A stretch of DNA of 64,000 nucleotides from Diplonema japonicum. Its lineage: Eukaryota; Protista; Euglenozoa: Diplonemea. The translations under genes and the position numbers were made by a program. Shown one piece after another: positions 20,110 through 30,058 of this stretch (its first letter is position 1; the number at the start of each line of letters is the position of its first letter). The notes beneath the pieces were generated by a model, which saw only the letters and a program-made list of their open reading frames with translations, had not been told where the DNA came from and ran no database searches. The stretch spans positions 124,001 to 188,000 of the forward strand of contig OZ025721.1 in assembly GCA_964019335.1 (NCBI GenBank), given 5' to 3'.

Positions 20110-20560
20110 GAAGAACGAAACTTAATTGAATTGAATTTATTGGCTCCCGAAAGCCCAACAAGTCCAGCAGACGGTGGAGTTTCACAGTCAGCTGGTTAAT
20201 TTTTCACAATTGAAACTCCTCCAAAGTTCTTAAAATCTGGGAGGTCGTCTCTTGTTACTAGAGGCGGCTAATGCCTCGAGACCCAGGTGCTGCCTGGTGG
20301 GTGGGATCGGTTTTATTTTATTATGAAAAGAGCGTGGTGAGGGGGTCCAAGTAATTTACAACAGGGAGCAGCGGACCAGGACCCCTCGACCAATGGCTCA
20401 GTAACAGAGACTGCTTTTCACGAATCACTTTCAAACACCTCTCTTGGTTTGAAGTGATGTCCCTTTCCCTTTCCCTTGAATGGTTTTCTCTACTCCCCTT
20501 CGATCCTCCCGCCTGGTAGTGGAATATTTATTATTTATTATTATTAAAAGGAATTTCGTC

Positions 20561-20632
20561 TCCTCGGTAGTATAGAGGTCAGTATATCCGCCTGTCACGC
20601 GGATGACCCGGGTTCAATTCCCGGCCGGGGAA
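20561..20632 (+). tRNA. tRNA-Asp (GTC)
   Basis: TCCTCGG/CCGGGGA acceptor, TCCGC-CTGTCAC-GCGGA anticodon arm, GGTTCAATTCC, T5 terminator. Confidence 0.95.
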
Positions 20633-20675
20633 TTTTTGCTTCTTCATTGGTAGTGGGCACACAATGTGTGAAAAA

Positions 20676-20747
20676 TTCCCCGGCCGGGAATTGAACCCGG
20701 GTCATCCGCGTGACGGGCGGATATACTGACCTCTATACTACCGAGGA
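20676..20747 (-). tRNA. tRNA-Asp (GTC), convergent copy with U33C change
   Basis: Reverse complement of 20561-20632 except anticodon loop CCGTCAC. Confidence 0.9.
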
Positions 20748-21484
20748 GACGAAATTCCTTTTTTTTTTTTTTTCAAAATACCAATAGGTGCCACCATGGG
20801 GGAGCAACACCTGGGAAGGGGAAAGGTGAAGGGAAGCATGGAAATATTACAGGGAGGGCGAAGACCAGTTCTTCTGCAATCAGATGGAGCTGTGGACTCC
20901 GCCAACCCGTGCACCTGTTTGGAACAGCCGAAGAGGGCTGAATTACTTTAATTCCAAGCCGCGTAGACCTACGTGACTCGGACGGGGACCTTGACCCCAG
21001 TTCGTCGTTTTTCTCGACTGGGACCTCTGGTGACCGGAACTGGCCCCGGTCGCCCCCTCGAGAGGGATTTGCTCCATTGAGCGAAACATGAAAGGGTGAG
21101 AGTAAAATCTCTCAAAATCAAAAGGGGAAGCGAGTGTGCGTGTGCGCATGGGGATGATAGGGGAAGCATTTGCTCTCCCCGCTGCACTCCGGCTGGCGGG
21201 GGGAGGGGATGGCCGTACCACACTCGTTCGTGCGAAGATGAGAGGACTCATCTGGGCAACTTCAGAGTAGGCCGAGCCATCCGTTTTTGACTACAATGTC
21301 AGGGCACACGATAACAAGAGGATGTTAATTTTAAAAATTTAAAGTTTAAAGGGGGACGGGCATACTGGTAAGAGAAAGGCCAGACGCCGGATGATGATAA
21401 AGAAAAGGATGAGAGGGAGTGGAAGAGAGGGGAAGGGAACGTAAGCACTAAAAGAATTGAAATGTTGATCTCACCCTACTCACT

Positions 21485-24400
21485 TCAGCGCAACACGGGG
21501 GCCGCAGGGCCGGCGTCAAGGGAGACAGCCGGCGGGATGAACGAAGGGGCAGCGGTACCTGCCGTTGCCGCAGACGGCGACGTGAAGACCCCGGATCTGG
21601 CCCAGTCAAGCAAGCCAGAGTCGGCGATGAGGGTGAATACCTGCGTCACGCGTTTTGACAGGCACTCCACCAGCGAGGGGCGTCCATTGGGAGCGTCGAG
21701 CGAACCCCGTCCAACCACAGCGCACCCCCCAACAACGTGCTCCCTGGACATCCGAGCTCCACACGCTGGACAGCTGAGCTCAGCCTTCTTCCTGTTCGGT
21801 CCAGCCGCCTGCAGGAAGCCGAAGAAGAGAGCGGAGTGCCCTACCCTCAGCCGCGAGATGACCGTCTCCGCTAGCCTGGGGAGGGACTGGGGGAAGCACG
21901 CCGCTCGGAGCCCCGTGGCCCTCGCGTACCTCGGGGCCACCTCCCCGACAATGACCGCAGACCTCTGCTGAATCTGGCGACGGACCAGGGCCCTGACCGA
22001 CCTGTAGTCGAGAGAGGGGCGAGTCAGCTCGCGCTTCGTGCCCTCCCCGGCCAGCCTGTCTGCCGCCTCGTTGCCAGGAACCCCGCAGTGGGACGGCACA
22101 AACTGGAGAATGACTGGTGCACCTTGTGCACGTGCCGCGGCCACCAGCAGTTCCCAGGTCTCGTGGTCGAGCCTCTCCCTCTGCCGCGAAGGACCTGCCC
22201 TCAGCTGATCAAGGAGAGAGAGCGAGTCGGTACAGATCGACAGCCGGCTGTCTGCCAACGTGGGGTGCTCGCTCCGGAGCGCGGCCACCATGTCCAGAGC
22301 CACCTTGACAGCCAGACCCTCCGCCCGAAAGGAAGAGCAGAAATTGCTGACGCCGAAGCTCTCGGACACGGGTTCGTGGGGGCGGGGGAGCTGCAAGTAG
22401 ACCCCGGCGCCGCCCCTCCACCTCTGGCGGTCCCGTACGACAGAACCATCCGTATAGGCATGGATACCCGGTGGAAGGGCAGCCAGAGCCTCCACGGCCG
22501 CCTTCCGCTTATCCACGTCCGGCGACGAACGCGTGACCCTGCCGGGAAGGGCAGTTCTGAACTCCACCAGGAACGCGTGCCACGGTGCTACTTTGGGCGA
22601 GGCAGTCAGTAGCTCGAAGGTGTCGTACTTCCTGAAGCCTTCCTGCGTCGTCCACCCCTGCAGTCCGCAGCGTCGTAGCGCAAGGATACCCGCACGCAGC
22701 CACCCATTGCCCATACCGGTCATCCGCTTCTGCTCAAGGACCTCGCGGTGAACCGGGGAGGTCCTCCAGCAGAACGACTTCGCCGTCAACACTGCCGCAG
22801 CTCCCTCAGCCATCTGTCGGAGGGGTAGCAGACCTGCCTCAGCAACAACCTTCGCCGTGCCCGAGCCGTGCCAACAACCCGAGATCAGCACCGCCGCTCT
22901 CTGGTGGAGCCCAACAAGCTCCTCCACCCTGCTGTCCCTGAGCCTGGCAAAGTAAACACCCATGCAGTACCGGAGTAGCGGGAGAACGTACGTGAGGTAC
23001 AGTGAACGGAGCGTGGCCTTCTTGCACCCCCAGGTCGTGCCCGACAGGAGCCTTAGAACCCTCAGCCTCTTGTCAGCGCGCCTCAGGACATCCCCCGCAT
23101 GCTCGTCAAACGTGAGCCCAGAGTCTACAGTGACCCCAAGATACTTCGCCGACCCACACAGAGGCAAGGGGCGAGCCGCCATGTAACCAATGTCGGACCT
23201 CCGGATGGCGGCGGGAATGTCGAAGGACCGTTTGCCACCCGCCTCCACGACCCGAAAGCCAGACAGCTCACGGACGCCAGACAAGGTCCCACAGACCCCA
23301 ACCCCAAGATTAAGGACAGGGTCCTGGAAGGCCCCCGGGCAAAGCGGGACACGCGACGAAGAGAAGTAGACATTAAGCCGCTTCTGATAGGGAACGCACA
23401 CTGCCTGCGACTTGCTGGAGCTCAGCAGCATGCCCCGTCTCCCACACCAGCCCTCAACCGCGTCCATCACAGCCTGGGCCCCTCGCTCAAGACCAGCCAG
23501 GTCGCCCTGCCCGGCTGAGACCACCACCGCAACATCGTCGGCATAAAGAACCGACAGGTCCGCCATCCCAACCAGCAACCTGGCTAGCTCGTCGACGTAG
23601 ATGGTGTAAAGGACGGGTCCCAGCACAGACCCTTGGGGCACCCCTCTCCTCACCTTCGTCGTCGACCCTCGCGAACGACCCACCGTGACCGCCGCCGTAC
23701 GACCGCAGAGGAAGGAGCGCGTCCATTCGACGAAGGGCTCAGGGATCCCCTTCCTCCGCATCATGCCCAGGAGAGCTTCGTGCTGAACCAGGTCAAACGC
23801 AGATGAGAAGTCAAACAGCAGGGCAGCCGACAGACGACGACTGTCTTTGTTCCTCGACAGACACCCGGTCAGGGACGCCACCTGCTCCTCCGTGGAGCGG
23901 CCCCTCCTGAAGCCAGCCTGGCTATCGTGGAGACCCTCAACGCCCGACGCGCTAGAGTCTAGGAGAAAGGTAAGCCTCTCCTCTATCATCCTCTCAAGCA
24001 GCTTACAAAGACAGCTAGTGAGACATATGGGACGGTACGATGCAAGCAACGTGGCGTCCTTCCCTGCCTTCGCCACTGGAACAATCACCCCCTTCTTCCA
24101 GGCACCCGGCACGATCCCCGCCTGCCATGAGCGATTGAGGAGCAGAAGTAGAACCCCGAGCGAGGGTTGGTCGAGGTGGAGAAGCATCTCCGCGAAGATG
24201 CCATCATCACCCGCTGCACTGCGTGTCTTCATCCTTCCCAGACCGCGGGTGAGATCATACACCGTAAAGGCGTGGCACCCAAGCACGTTCGTCGAAGGAG
24301 CTACGTCCACCGCGTCCCCATCACCACCCTGGCCGTAGAGCTTGCCGAAGTGAGCCCCCAGGCGGTCGGCTTTCGCCTTGTCCGTCACGAACCTCCCCTC

Positions 24401-25651
24401 GAGAATGGGAAGGTGCGGTCTGCGGTGTCTGCCGTCCAGCTTCTTCACCGCCCTAAACGCAGACCCGAGGTCCTTGCTCCGACTGAGGTCAGCCGCCATC
24501 TCACCCCAGGCCGCGCGCTTCGACTCGGTCATGAGTTGGTTTACCTCCTTGACCTTCGCCTTGTAGACCGCCGCCACGCTGTCGTCCTCAGTCTCAGCCG
24601 ACTTGAGGAAGCGATCCCGCAGGGCGTTCCGTTCTTCGAAGGCGTCTTCGAGTTCGGCCGTCCACCAGGGGGTCGGGCCTCGTCGCACTCCGCAAAGCGG
24701 AATGTGGTCGTCAGCTGCATGCAGAAGAGCCTCTGTAACCTCTTTCGTGAAGGAGTCAATGTGGGCCTTCGTGTCGATCTTGGTCAGAAGGGCAGCGGCG
24801 GCCGCGGTGAAGTCGTCCCACCTGGCCTTTTTGAAGTTCCAGGTAGGGCAGGGTCGCTCCGAGCAGTAGGCGTCCTCAAGCGGCAGGCGGAAGGAAACCG
24901 GGCTGTGATCAGAGCCCCACGTCCCCAACGTCCTCGGCTCCAGTTCCGCACAACGTCCCACCACCAGGTCCAGAACGCGTGGCGGTGAGTCCCGCGTCGG
25001 CTCGTCACGGTTGTTGTAGACGGTGTAGCCGTGGGTGTCAAGCCAGTCCCTGACCACGTTCCCCCTTTCGTTGGGCGTTGTCACCTTGGCATCCCAAGAG
25101 CTGTGGTGTGCGTTGAAGTCGCCAGCAACGATCGTGTTCTTCCCCACAGGTAGGCTGCCCGGCCGTAGGTACTCGGGGTCCCTTGTTCCTCTGCTTATAC
25201 TCACAGGCGTGAGGTACACGTTGGAGAGGGTGACCGGGACGCGCTTCACACAGGAGATCCTCACGTCTAATCGCTCAGTGACACTGTCACCTTCAGGGAG
25301 TACGAAAGGAGCTTCCTCCGAGGCAAGGCAGTCACGGACATACGTGATGACACCACCGCCTCTCGTCGCAGAGCCGTCCGTCACCGGTGTTGTGCGGTCC
25401 CTCCTGTAGGACGTGTATCCAGGCAGGTATGGTGTCTCATGCCCCTCCCTAAGGTGTGTCTCCTGGATCATAATGATATCCAGCGTCAGTAGGACAGCGT
25501 GGTAGGACACGGTTGACCACTTGGCGGCAAGACCGTTGCAGTTCCAGGACAGGACCCTGAGTCCCTTCGGCTTCGGGGGTGGGAGCTTCTTAGGTGGACC
25601 GGGGTTCGTCTCAACCAGCCCAAGCAGCCCCAGCAGGTCCCTGGCCGACAT
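21485..25651 (-). CDS. Family B ORF2: 2A-like peptide, APE, RT, RNase H, CCHC
   Basis: Uninterrupted ORF with LVETNPGP, SWNCNG, GDFNAHH, YADD, YTDGS; paralogous to family A ORF2. Confidence 0.95.
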   Translation of the reverse strand: MSARDLLGLLGLVETNPGPPKKLPPPKPKGLRVLSWNCNGLAAKWSTVSYHAVLLTLDIIMIQETHLREGHETPYLPGYTSYRRDRTTPVTDGSATRGGGVITYVRDCLASEEAPFVLPEGDSVTERLDVRISCVKRVPVTLSNVYLTPVSISRGTRDPEYLRPGSLPVGKNTIVAGDFNAHHSSWDAKVTTPNERGNVVRDWLDTHGYTVYNNRDEPTRDSPPRVLDLVVGRCAELEPRTLGTWGSDHSPVSFRLPLEDAYCSERPCPTWNFKKARWDDFTAAAAALLTKIDTKAHIDSFTKEVTEALLHAADDHIPLCGVRRGPTPWWTAELEDAFEERNALRDRFLKSAETEDDSVAAVYKAKVKEVNQLMTESKRAAWGEMAADLSRSKDLGSAFRAVKKLDGRHRRPHLPILEGRFVTDKAKADRLGAHFGKLYGQGGDGDAVDVAPSTNVLGCHAFTVYDLTRGLGRMKTRSAAGDDGIFAEMLLHLDQPSLGVLLLLLNRSWQAGIVPGAWKKGVIVPVAKAGKDATLLASYRPICLTSCLCKLLERMIEERLTFLLDSSASGVEGLHDSQAGFRRGRSTEEQVASLTGCLSRNKDSRRLSAALLFDFSSAFDLVQHEALLGMMRRKGIPEPFVEWTRSFLCGRTAAVTVGRSRGSTTKVRRGVPQGSVLGPVLYTIYVDELARLLVGMADLSVLYADDVAVVVSAGQGDLAGLERGAQAVMDAVEGWCGRRGMLLSSSKSQAVCVPYQKRLNVYFSSSRVPLCPGAFQDPVLNLGVGVCGTLSGVRELSGFRVVEAGGKRSFDIPAAIRRSDIGYMAARPLPLCGSAKYLGVTVDSGLTFDEHAGDVLRRADKRLRVLRLLSGTTWGCKKATLRSLYLTYVLPLLRYCMGVYFARLRDSRVEELVGLHQRAAVLISGCWHGSGTAKVVAEAGLLPLRQMAEGAAAVLTAKSFCWRTSPVHREVLEQKRMTGMGNGWLRAGILALRRCGLQGWTTQEGFRKYDTFELLTASPKVAPWHAFLVEFRTALPGRVTRSSPDVDKRKAAVEALAALPPGIHAYTDGSVVRDRQRWRGGAGVYLQLPRPHEPVSESFGVSNFCSSFRAEGLAVKVALDMVAALRSEHPTLADSRLSICTDSLSLLDQLRAGPSRQRERLDHETWELLVAAARAQGAPVILQFVPSHCGVPGNEAADRLAGEGTKRELTRPSLDYRSVRALVRRQIQQRSAVIVGEVAPRYARATGLRAACFPQSLPRLAETVISRLRVGHSALFFGFLQAAGPNRKKAELSCPACGARMSREHVVGGCAVVGRGSLDAPNGRPSLVECLSKRVTQVFTLIADSGLLDWARSGVFTSPSAATAGTAAPSFIPPAVSLDAGPAAPVLR

Positions 25652-25792
25652 CCGTTCAAGTAAGGAAGGGATCAAGGAAGGGAGGACGTCGTACAAGTGA
25701 TGTGGAAGGTGTCTCCTCGGCTGTATGCGCGGGAGACCAGGAGAGGGGGCGTGGTCGTCGATCTGACGCCCCCCCTGCTCAGCGGGACCCCT

Positions 25793-27943
25793 TCAATTGG
25801 CAGGGGCGGGGGCCGGGCCCACAGAGGCTGCCCGTCCACGGCCGGCCCCGTTGGGGGAAGCAGAGTCGCCAGCCAGCGACTGGGCGCGTCCCCTTCCGCC
25901 CCCTTGCTCCGTCGATGTCGGGTAGGGGCCTGGCGTGCTTACGCCCTGCGCCTGGTGCCCCTTCGTCCCTGCCTTGGACCCAGCCTTGCCGCCCTTGCCC
26001 TTCCCAGCCACTGCCGTCCGCCCAGCTCCGTCTGCAGATGACGCCGGCGCGCCAAGTGACGCTGCCATCTTCTCCTGGAGGTCGCGGACCGTCGCCTGCA
26101 GACCGTCGATGGTCGCCTGCATCGACTGGATCAGCGCGAGGAGCGCCGGGACCTCAGGTTCCGGTGCGGGATTCTTCTTCTGGGAGTCACGGGGAGGTGT
26201 CGTGGTCGGGGAAGCCGCAGAGGAGACCGGAGTCACAGTGCCAAGTGGCGGAGGGGCAACCGAGCTCGGTGGAGATGACCACGGATTGGTGCTCGGCAGC
26301 CCTGCGGACTGCACCGTGGGGCCAGGGGCCGGCGTCGGCGTCTGGGCCGTGGTTGCCGCAACCGGCGTCCGAGCCGCGGGTGGAGCCTTCTTGTTGGTGC
26401 GGGGCGGGAGCGTGACGCTCGGGTGGTCCTCCGCGTCGTGCAGTCGAACGAGACGGGAGCCGAAGAGCCATGTCCTGGCCTTGGGGGGCGGGGCGTCGGC
26501 GACGATGAAGAACACGAGTTGCCTCGTGCCCTGGAACGACGTGTCAGAGCGTCGGATGATGGACGACGGCTTCCAACCGATGTGGTCCATCATCCCGTCG
26601 AAGGCTGCCCTGGTAACAGACAGCGGGGCTCCGGTGAGCAGGTACCGTCGCTTTGTCCTCTGCTTGGCGAGGGCCTCCCTCAGACGCTGCTCCGTCTCCG
26701 GCAGGCACCTCACGGTCCAACCCTTGCGATGGGCCACCCCCAGGGACAACCCGCCCAGTGCCTTCGCCAGCTGGAAGGCCTCCGCCCTCCCCTCCGCTAC
26801 GATGGGCACGTAGGTGTACCCCCCGCGCCGCTCGGTCGTCCTGACCATGCAGCCGTCGCCCGAGGCCCGGAGTACCGCATGGACGGATGCCGCTGGGAGC
26901 CGCAGGCCCACCTCGTGGCTCCAGTGACGCGCCCGCGGCTCGTTCCCGTCGATCTTCTTCGGGCGGAAGATCGCCTGCTCCTCCACCGCCACGCCCTGGG
27001 TCGCGACGAGGTCCCGAACCCTGGCCTTCGCCGCGTTCACGCTGTCAGCTTTCACGCTGACGTACACTACCTCAGAGCCGCCGTCAAAAGAAGCGAGTGG
27101 GGTGTAGGAGGGGGGGTTCGACCCGACCGAGAAGGTGTGCACGGCCTTGTGCACGGCACGCTGGCCGGCGAGTACGATGACGGTGCATGGGGTGGTCGAA
27201 CCGGCAACCTCCGTCAAGAGGACGAAGGTCAGGGAGGCCGTGGGCCTCGCAGTGCGAATCGCGTCCACCTGCTGGAGGTCGTCGAGAGCGACGACGGCGC
27301 GGGGCACCTCCTCAGGGGGAGCAGTGTTGGTGTAGATGGGGGCGTCCCACGTGTCGGGGACCAGATCCCAGCGAGGCTCAGGGGCCGGTGCGGGAGCGGG
27401 GGCCGTGTTCTTCTCGTCGGTGTCAGAGTCCGACATGGGGAGGGCGGTGTCGCAGGCAGCGGCAGTAAGGACGGCAGTAGACCACACGGCAGCAGTAGGG
27501 GCTGGAGCCGGAGGAGGAGCAGTGGTGTCAGCAGTAGAGGCTGGAGCAGGCGCAGGAGCAGTGGTGTCGGCAGCAGCAGTCCTCATCCTCGCCCTCCTGA
27601 CCTCTGGCGTGTCGACCGTGAACGAGGTGACAACGCCCGGCGACTCGCTAATTAGGACGACAGAGTCGTCGGAGCCCGAAGCAGCGGCGGCGGCGGCGGC
27701 GGTGGCAGCGTCAGCAGCTGCTGCCTTCTGTCTGGCCCTTCTGGCCGCCTTCTTCCCTTGCCCGGGGGAGGGTGTCACCACCGGCGTGACCCCCTCTGCG
27801 CGCTTCCTCTCCACCTCCTCGCGCGTGCGCTTCGCCCTGGCGGCGGCGTTGTCCTTTACCCGCTCCCCGCGGGCTTTCTCCAGGATTTCCTCAGTCCTGG
27901 ACTTGTGGTGCGGGGGCCTCTTCTTCTTGCTGGAGGTCGGCAT
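25793..27943 (-). CDS. Family B ORF1 (gag-like)
   Basis: ATG at 27943 (MPTSSKKKR) inside the TSD; basic N-terminus, Ala/Pro linkers, C-terminal coiled coil. Confidence 0.85.
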   Translation of the reverse strand: MPTSSKKKRPPHHKSRTEEILEKARGERVKDNAAARAKRTREEVERKRAEGVTPVVTPSPGQGKKAARRARQKAAAADAATAAAAAAASGSDDSVVLISESPGVVTSFTVDTPEVRRARMRTAAADTTAPAPAPASTADTTAPPPAPAPTAAVWSTAVLTAAACDTALPMSDSDTDEKNTAPAPAPAPEPRWDLVPDTWDAPIYTNTAPPEEVPRAVVALDDLQQVDAIRTARPTASLTFVLLTEVAGSTTPCTVIVLAGQRAVHKAVHTFSVGSNPPSYTPLASFDGGSEVVYVSVKADSVNAAKARVRDLVATQGVAVEEQAIFRPKKIDGNEPRARHWSHEVGLRLPAASVHAVLRASGDGCMVRTTERRGGYTYVPIVAEGRAEAFQLAKALGGLSLGVAHRKGWTVRCLPETEQRLREALAKQRTKRRYLLTGAPLSVTRAAFDGMMDHIGWKPSSIIRRSDTSFQGTRQLVFFIVADAPPPKARTWLFGSRLVRLHDAEDHPSVTLPPRTNKKAPPAARTPVAATTAQTPTPAPGPTVQSAGLPSTNPWSSPPSSVAPPPLGTVTPVSSAASPTTTPPRDSQKKNPAPEPEVPALLALIQSMQATIDGLQATVRDLQEKMAASLGAPASSADGAGRTAVAGKGKGGKAGSKAGTKGHQAQGVSTPGPYPTSTEQGGGRGRAQSLAGDSASPNGAGRGRAASVGPAPAPAN

Positions 27944-28047
27944 GTTTCTTTTCTTTTCTTTTCTTTCCTTGACGAAATTCCGTACCGTCAATAAACTTCT
28001 CTGTGCATATGAGCTTTTCTGAGCTCTTATTATCTCTCCAATTTTGT

Positions 28048-28532
28048 TTGTTTGTTTCAGTTTTATTTTTTGTTTACGAAAAATAAAAACTCAACAAAGG
28101 CCTCCCCTCTAGGGAGGAATAGCAACAGAAAAGACCTGGCAGCAGAACAGGAGACATTGGGTGAGGTTTTTTGGGGGGGAATGACTCTACTCTACTCATT
28201 TAAGTTGCCCATTTCGAGGGCCCCGGTCGTCGACGTCGTCGTCAAGCAACCAGCGCGATGGAGCGGCAGGGCCAACTCGTGAGAGGAAGGAAGGGGTTGG
28301 GAGAGGGATAGTTGAAGTAGAGGGCCGGTCGGGACCCGGATCAGCACGAACGCCCCCCCGGCTCCGCTCCACTCGAGAGATGCCTTCGCTCAGAACGAGT
28401 CCTTCTTTGGCTGGAACCTCCGGCGGAAAGCCCCCCAGGGAGGTATTGCTCCTATTGAGCGAATCATTGGTGAGTGTGAAAAAGGGGAAATGGAAAACAG
28501 TGAGAGGAAGAGGGGAAGGAAGGGAAAGGGAG
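28048..28532 (-). mobile_element. 5'-truncated retroposon 3' end
   Basis: 28402-28531 matches family A 3' UTR (about 2811-2960), distal part differs; flanked by ATTTTGT (28041-28047, 28533-28539). Confidence 0.72.
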
Positions 28533-28636
28533 ATTTTGTGCGGTCGAATAACTTTTATGCGTGTGAGAATGCCATAAGTCTGACATTTTAATGTTTATAT
28601 TCATACCGGCACCGATGGCTTCTTACAAATACTGTG

Positions 28637-28887
28637 GTGGACGGTGGAAAAAAGTTATGGGTTACCGTGGGCGGTGGAAAAAATTACTGACATGGTTTAG
28701 TTGGAAATAAAAATAGGTTACCGTGGAAAGTGGAAAAGTTATACAAAAAACCATTTGAGTGGAAAAAAAAATTATGGTTATCGTGGAGGGTAGAAAAAAA
28801 GTTGTGGGTTACCGTAAATAGTGGTGAAATGCTGCTTACAGACTTGGGTGGAAAAAAGTTATTTGGTTACCGTGTACGTTGTTTTTC
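28637..28887. repeat. Solo end of the TIR element at 55780-56601
   Basis: Aligns to 56344-56601; GGTTACCGTGG and GTGGAAAAAA subterminal repeats. Confidence 0.85.
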
Positions 28888-28900
28888 TTTTTATTATTAA

Positions 28901-28937
28901 CAGGCGTCCTGTCACATACCGCAGGTACCCTTAAATG

Positions 28938-28941
<4 letters not shown>
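28901..28941 (+). repeat. 41-bp conserved motif followed by poly(T), copy 1
   Basis: CAGGCGTCCTGYCACATACCGCAGGTACCCTTAAATGTCTC, also at 40189 and 61129. Confidence 0.9.
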
Positions 28942-28968
<27 letters not shown>

Positions 28969-29024
28969 TTATCAATTCCAGTGTTGCAACGTACAGTTCA
29001 CAAATCCCCCTTTACAGAATCGTT

Positions 29025-29888
29025 ATGGGATGCGTTAGTTCCACAACGGTTGTCAAGGAGCAGAAAACGAAGAAGAAGACACGGGCAAGGAAGGTTTCAT
29101 CGACGCGTACAATAAAAACATCTTACCTGCACGAGAAAAAGAACAAGCCGCCGCCCTCACCGCACATGGAATCGAACATAGACAACGCGCTGCTGATGAT
29201 GCTGGGGAAAACGGTCGTGACGGACGTGGAAGAAGAGCTTTCGCCGGCACCTGCACCTGCGAGGAGACGAAGAGCAACAATTGTCGATCCGGCCACAACG
29301 ATTGACATACCAGTGGCTCGACAGAAAGTGGAACCCCTTGCTGTGATGGAGCTTAGCGACAGTAGCCACGGGACCTCAGTGAGTTCGAACTTTGACAAAA
29401 CCAGTGTAACAGCGGATCTTTCAACATTGAACTCCTTCACAGACAACGGGACTATCTTCGCACCGTCGGACTTTTGTGAGGATTTACCAGAGCTACATTA
29501 TACAAACCTGCCTCAGCCCCAGAGCCAGGTCCCGTCCCCGACTAGCAGTCGTTTATTTCGTAAAAGGCTGAGCACCAGCAACAAGACCTACGACACCACT
29601 TGGCTTGACAAGCTCATTGGGGAAACCAACAATTGCGGACATGAACTCATTTCTGTTTGGCTCGAGGGTAGGTTCTTCCGTGCACCGTCTTGCACGATAC
29701 TAACGGACTCCATGCCCTTCACCAGCGACAACTTGCTCCTCCACGAGGAACTCGTCCAGAAAAAGAAGCCTGCCCGTCCGGTATTTTCACAACTGAGCCT
29801 TACCCACAGTGTGGGGAGCATCCGAACTACAAGCAGTATTGGCAGCCCGATGTCACGCAGCCTCAACAAAAAGAAGAGAGCCTTTTGA
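29025..29888 (+). CDS. Hypothetical protein with N-terminal dual acylation signal
   Basis: MGCVSS start (Gly2/Cys3); 287-aa ORF between T-tracts. Confidence 0.7.
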   Translation: MGCVSSTTVVKEQKTKKKTRARKVSSTRTIKTSYLHEKKNKPPPSPHMESNIDNALLMMLGKTVVTDVEEELSPAPAPARRRRATIVDPATTIDIPVARQKVEPLAVMELSDSSHGTSVSSNFDKTSVTADLSTLNSFTDNGTIFAPSDFCEDLPELHYTNLPQPQSQVPSPTSSRLFRKRLSTSNKTYDTTWLDKLIGETNNCGHELISVWLEGRFFRAPSCTILTDSMPFTSDNLLLHEELVQKKKPARPVFSQLSLTHSVGSIRTTSSIGSPMSRSLNKKKRAF

Positions 29889-29911
29889 TTCCTTCACTTT
29901 TTTTTTTTTTT

Positions 29912-30058
29912 TTGTTACAAATATTTATCTTTCAAAAAAAAAAAAAAATGATTTTATAACTATATGCAACTTTGTGTCGAGCAAAAAACTTTCGCAGCTT
30001 TTTTAAAAATCTTTTTTTTTGCTCGTGCGAACATCAAAGACATATAGTCATAAAGAAT
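29912..30058. repeat. About 140-bp palindromic dispersed repeat (MITE-like), copy 1
   Basis: Matches 55636-55769; internal IR CGAGCAAAAAA/TTTTTTGCTCG. Confidence 0.8.

Larger units (their letters stand above)
13793..20545 (+). mobile_element. Non-LTR retrotransposon family C, apparently full length, (TTA)n-like tail
   Basis: TSD AAAAGGAATTT at 13782-13792 and 20546-20556; two ORFs; A-rich composition distinct from families A and B. Confidence 0.9.
20759..27970 (-). mobile_element. Non-LTR retrotransposon family B, both ORFs intact
   Basis: 11-bp TSD (GACGAAATTCC on + at 20748-20758 and 27971-27981); poly(A) tail 11 nt upstream of the - strand tRNA-Asp. Confidence 0.96.

Noticed and set aside
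8073-27655. Many 100-400 aa overlapping or antisense ORFs in the retroelements
   Set aside because: Expected in GC-rich coding DNA; no domain signatures.
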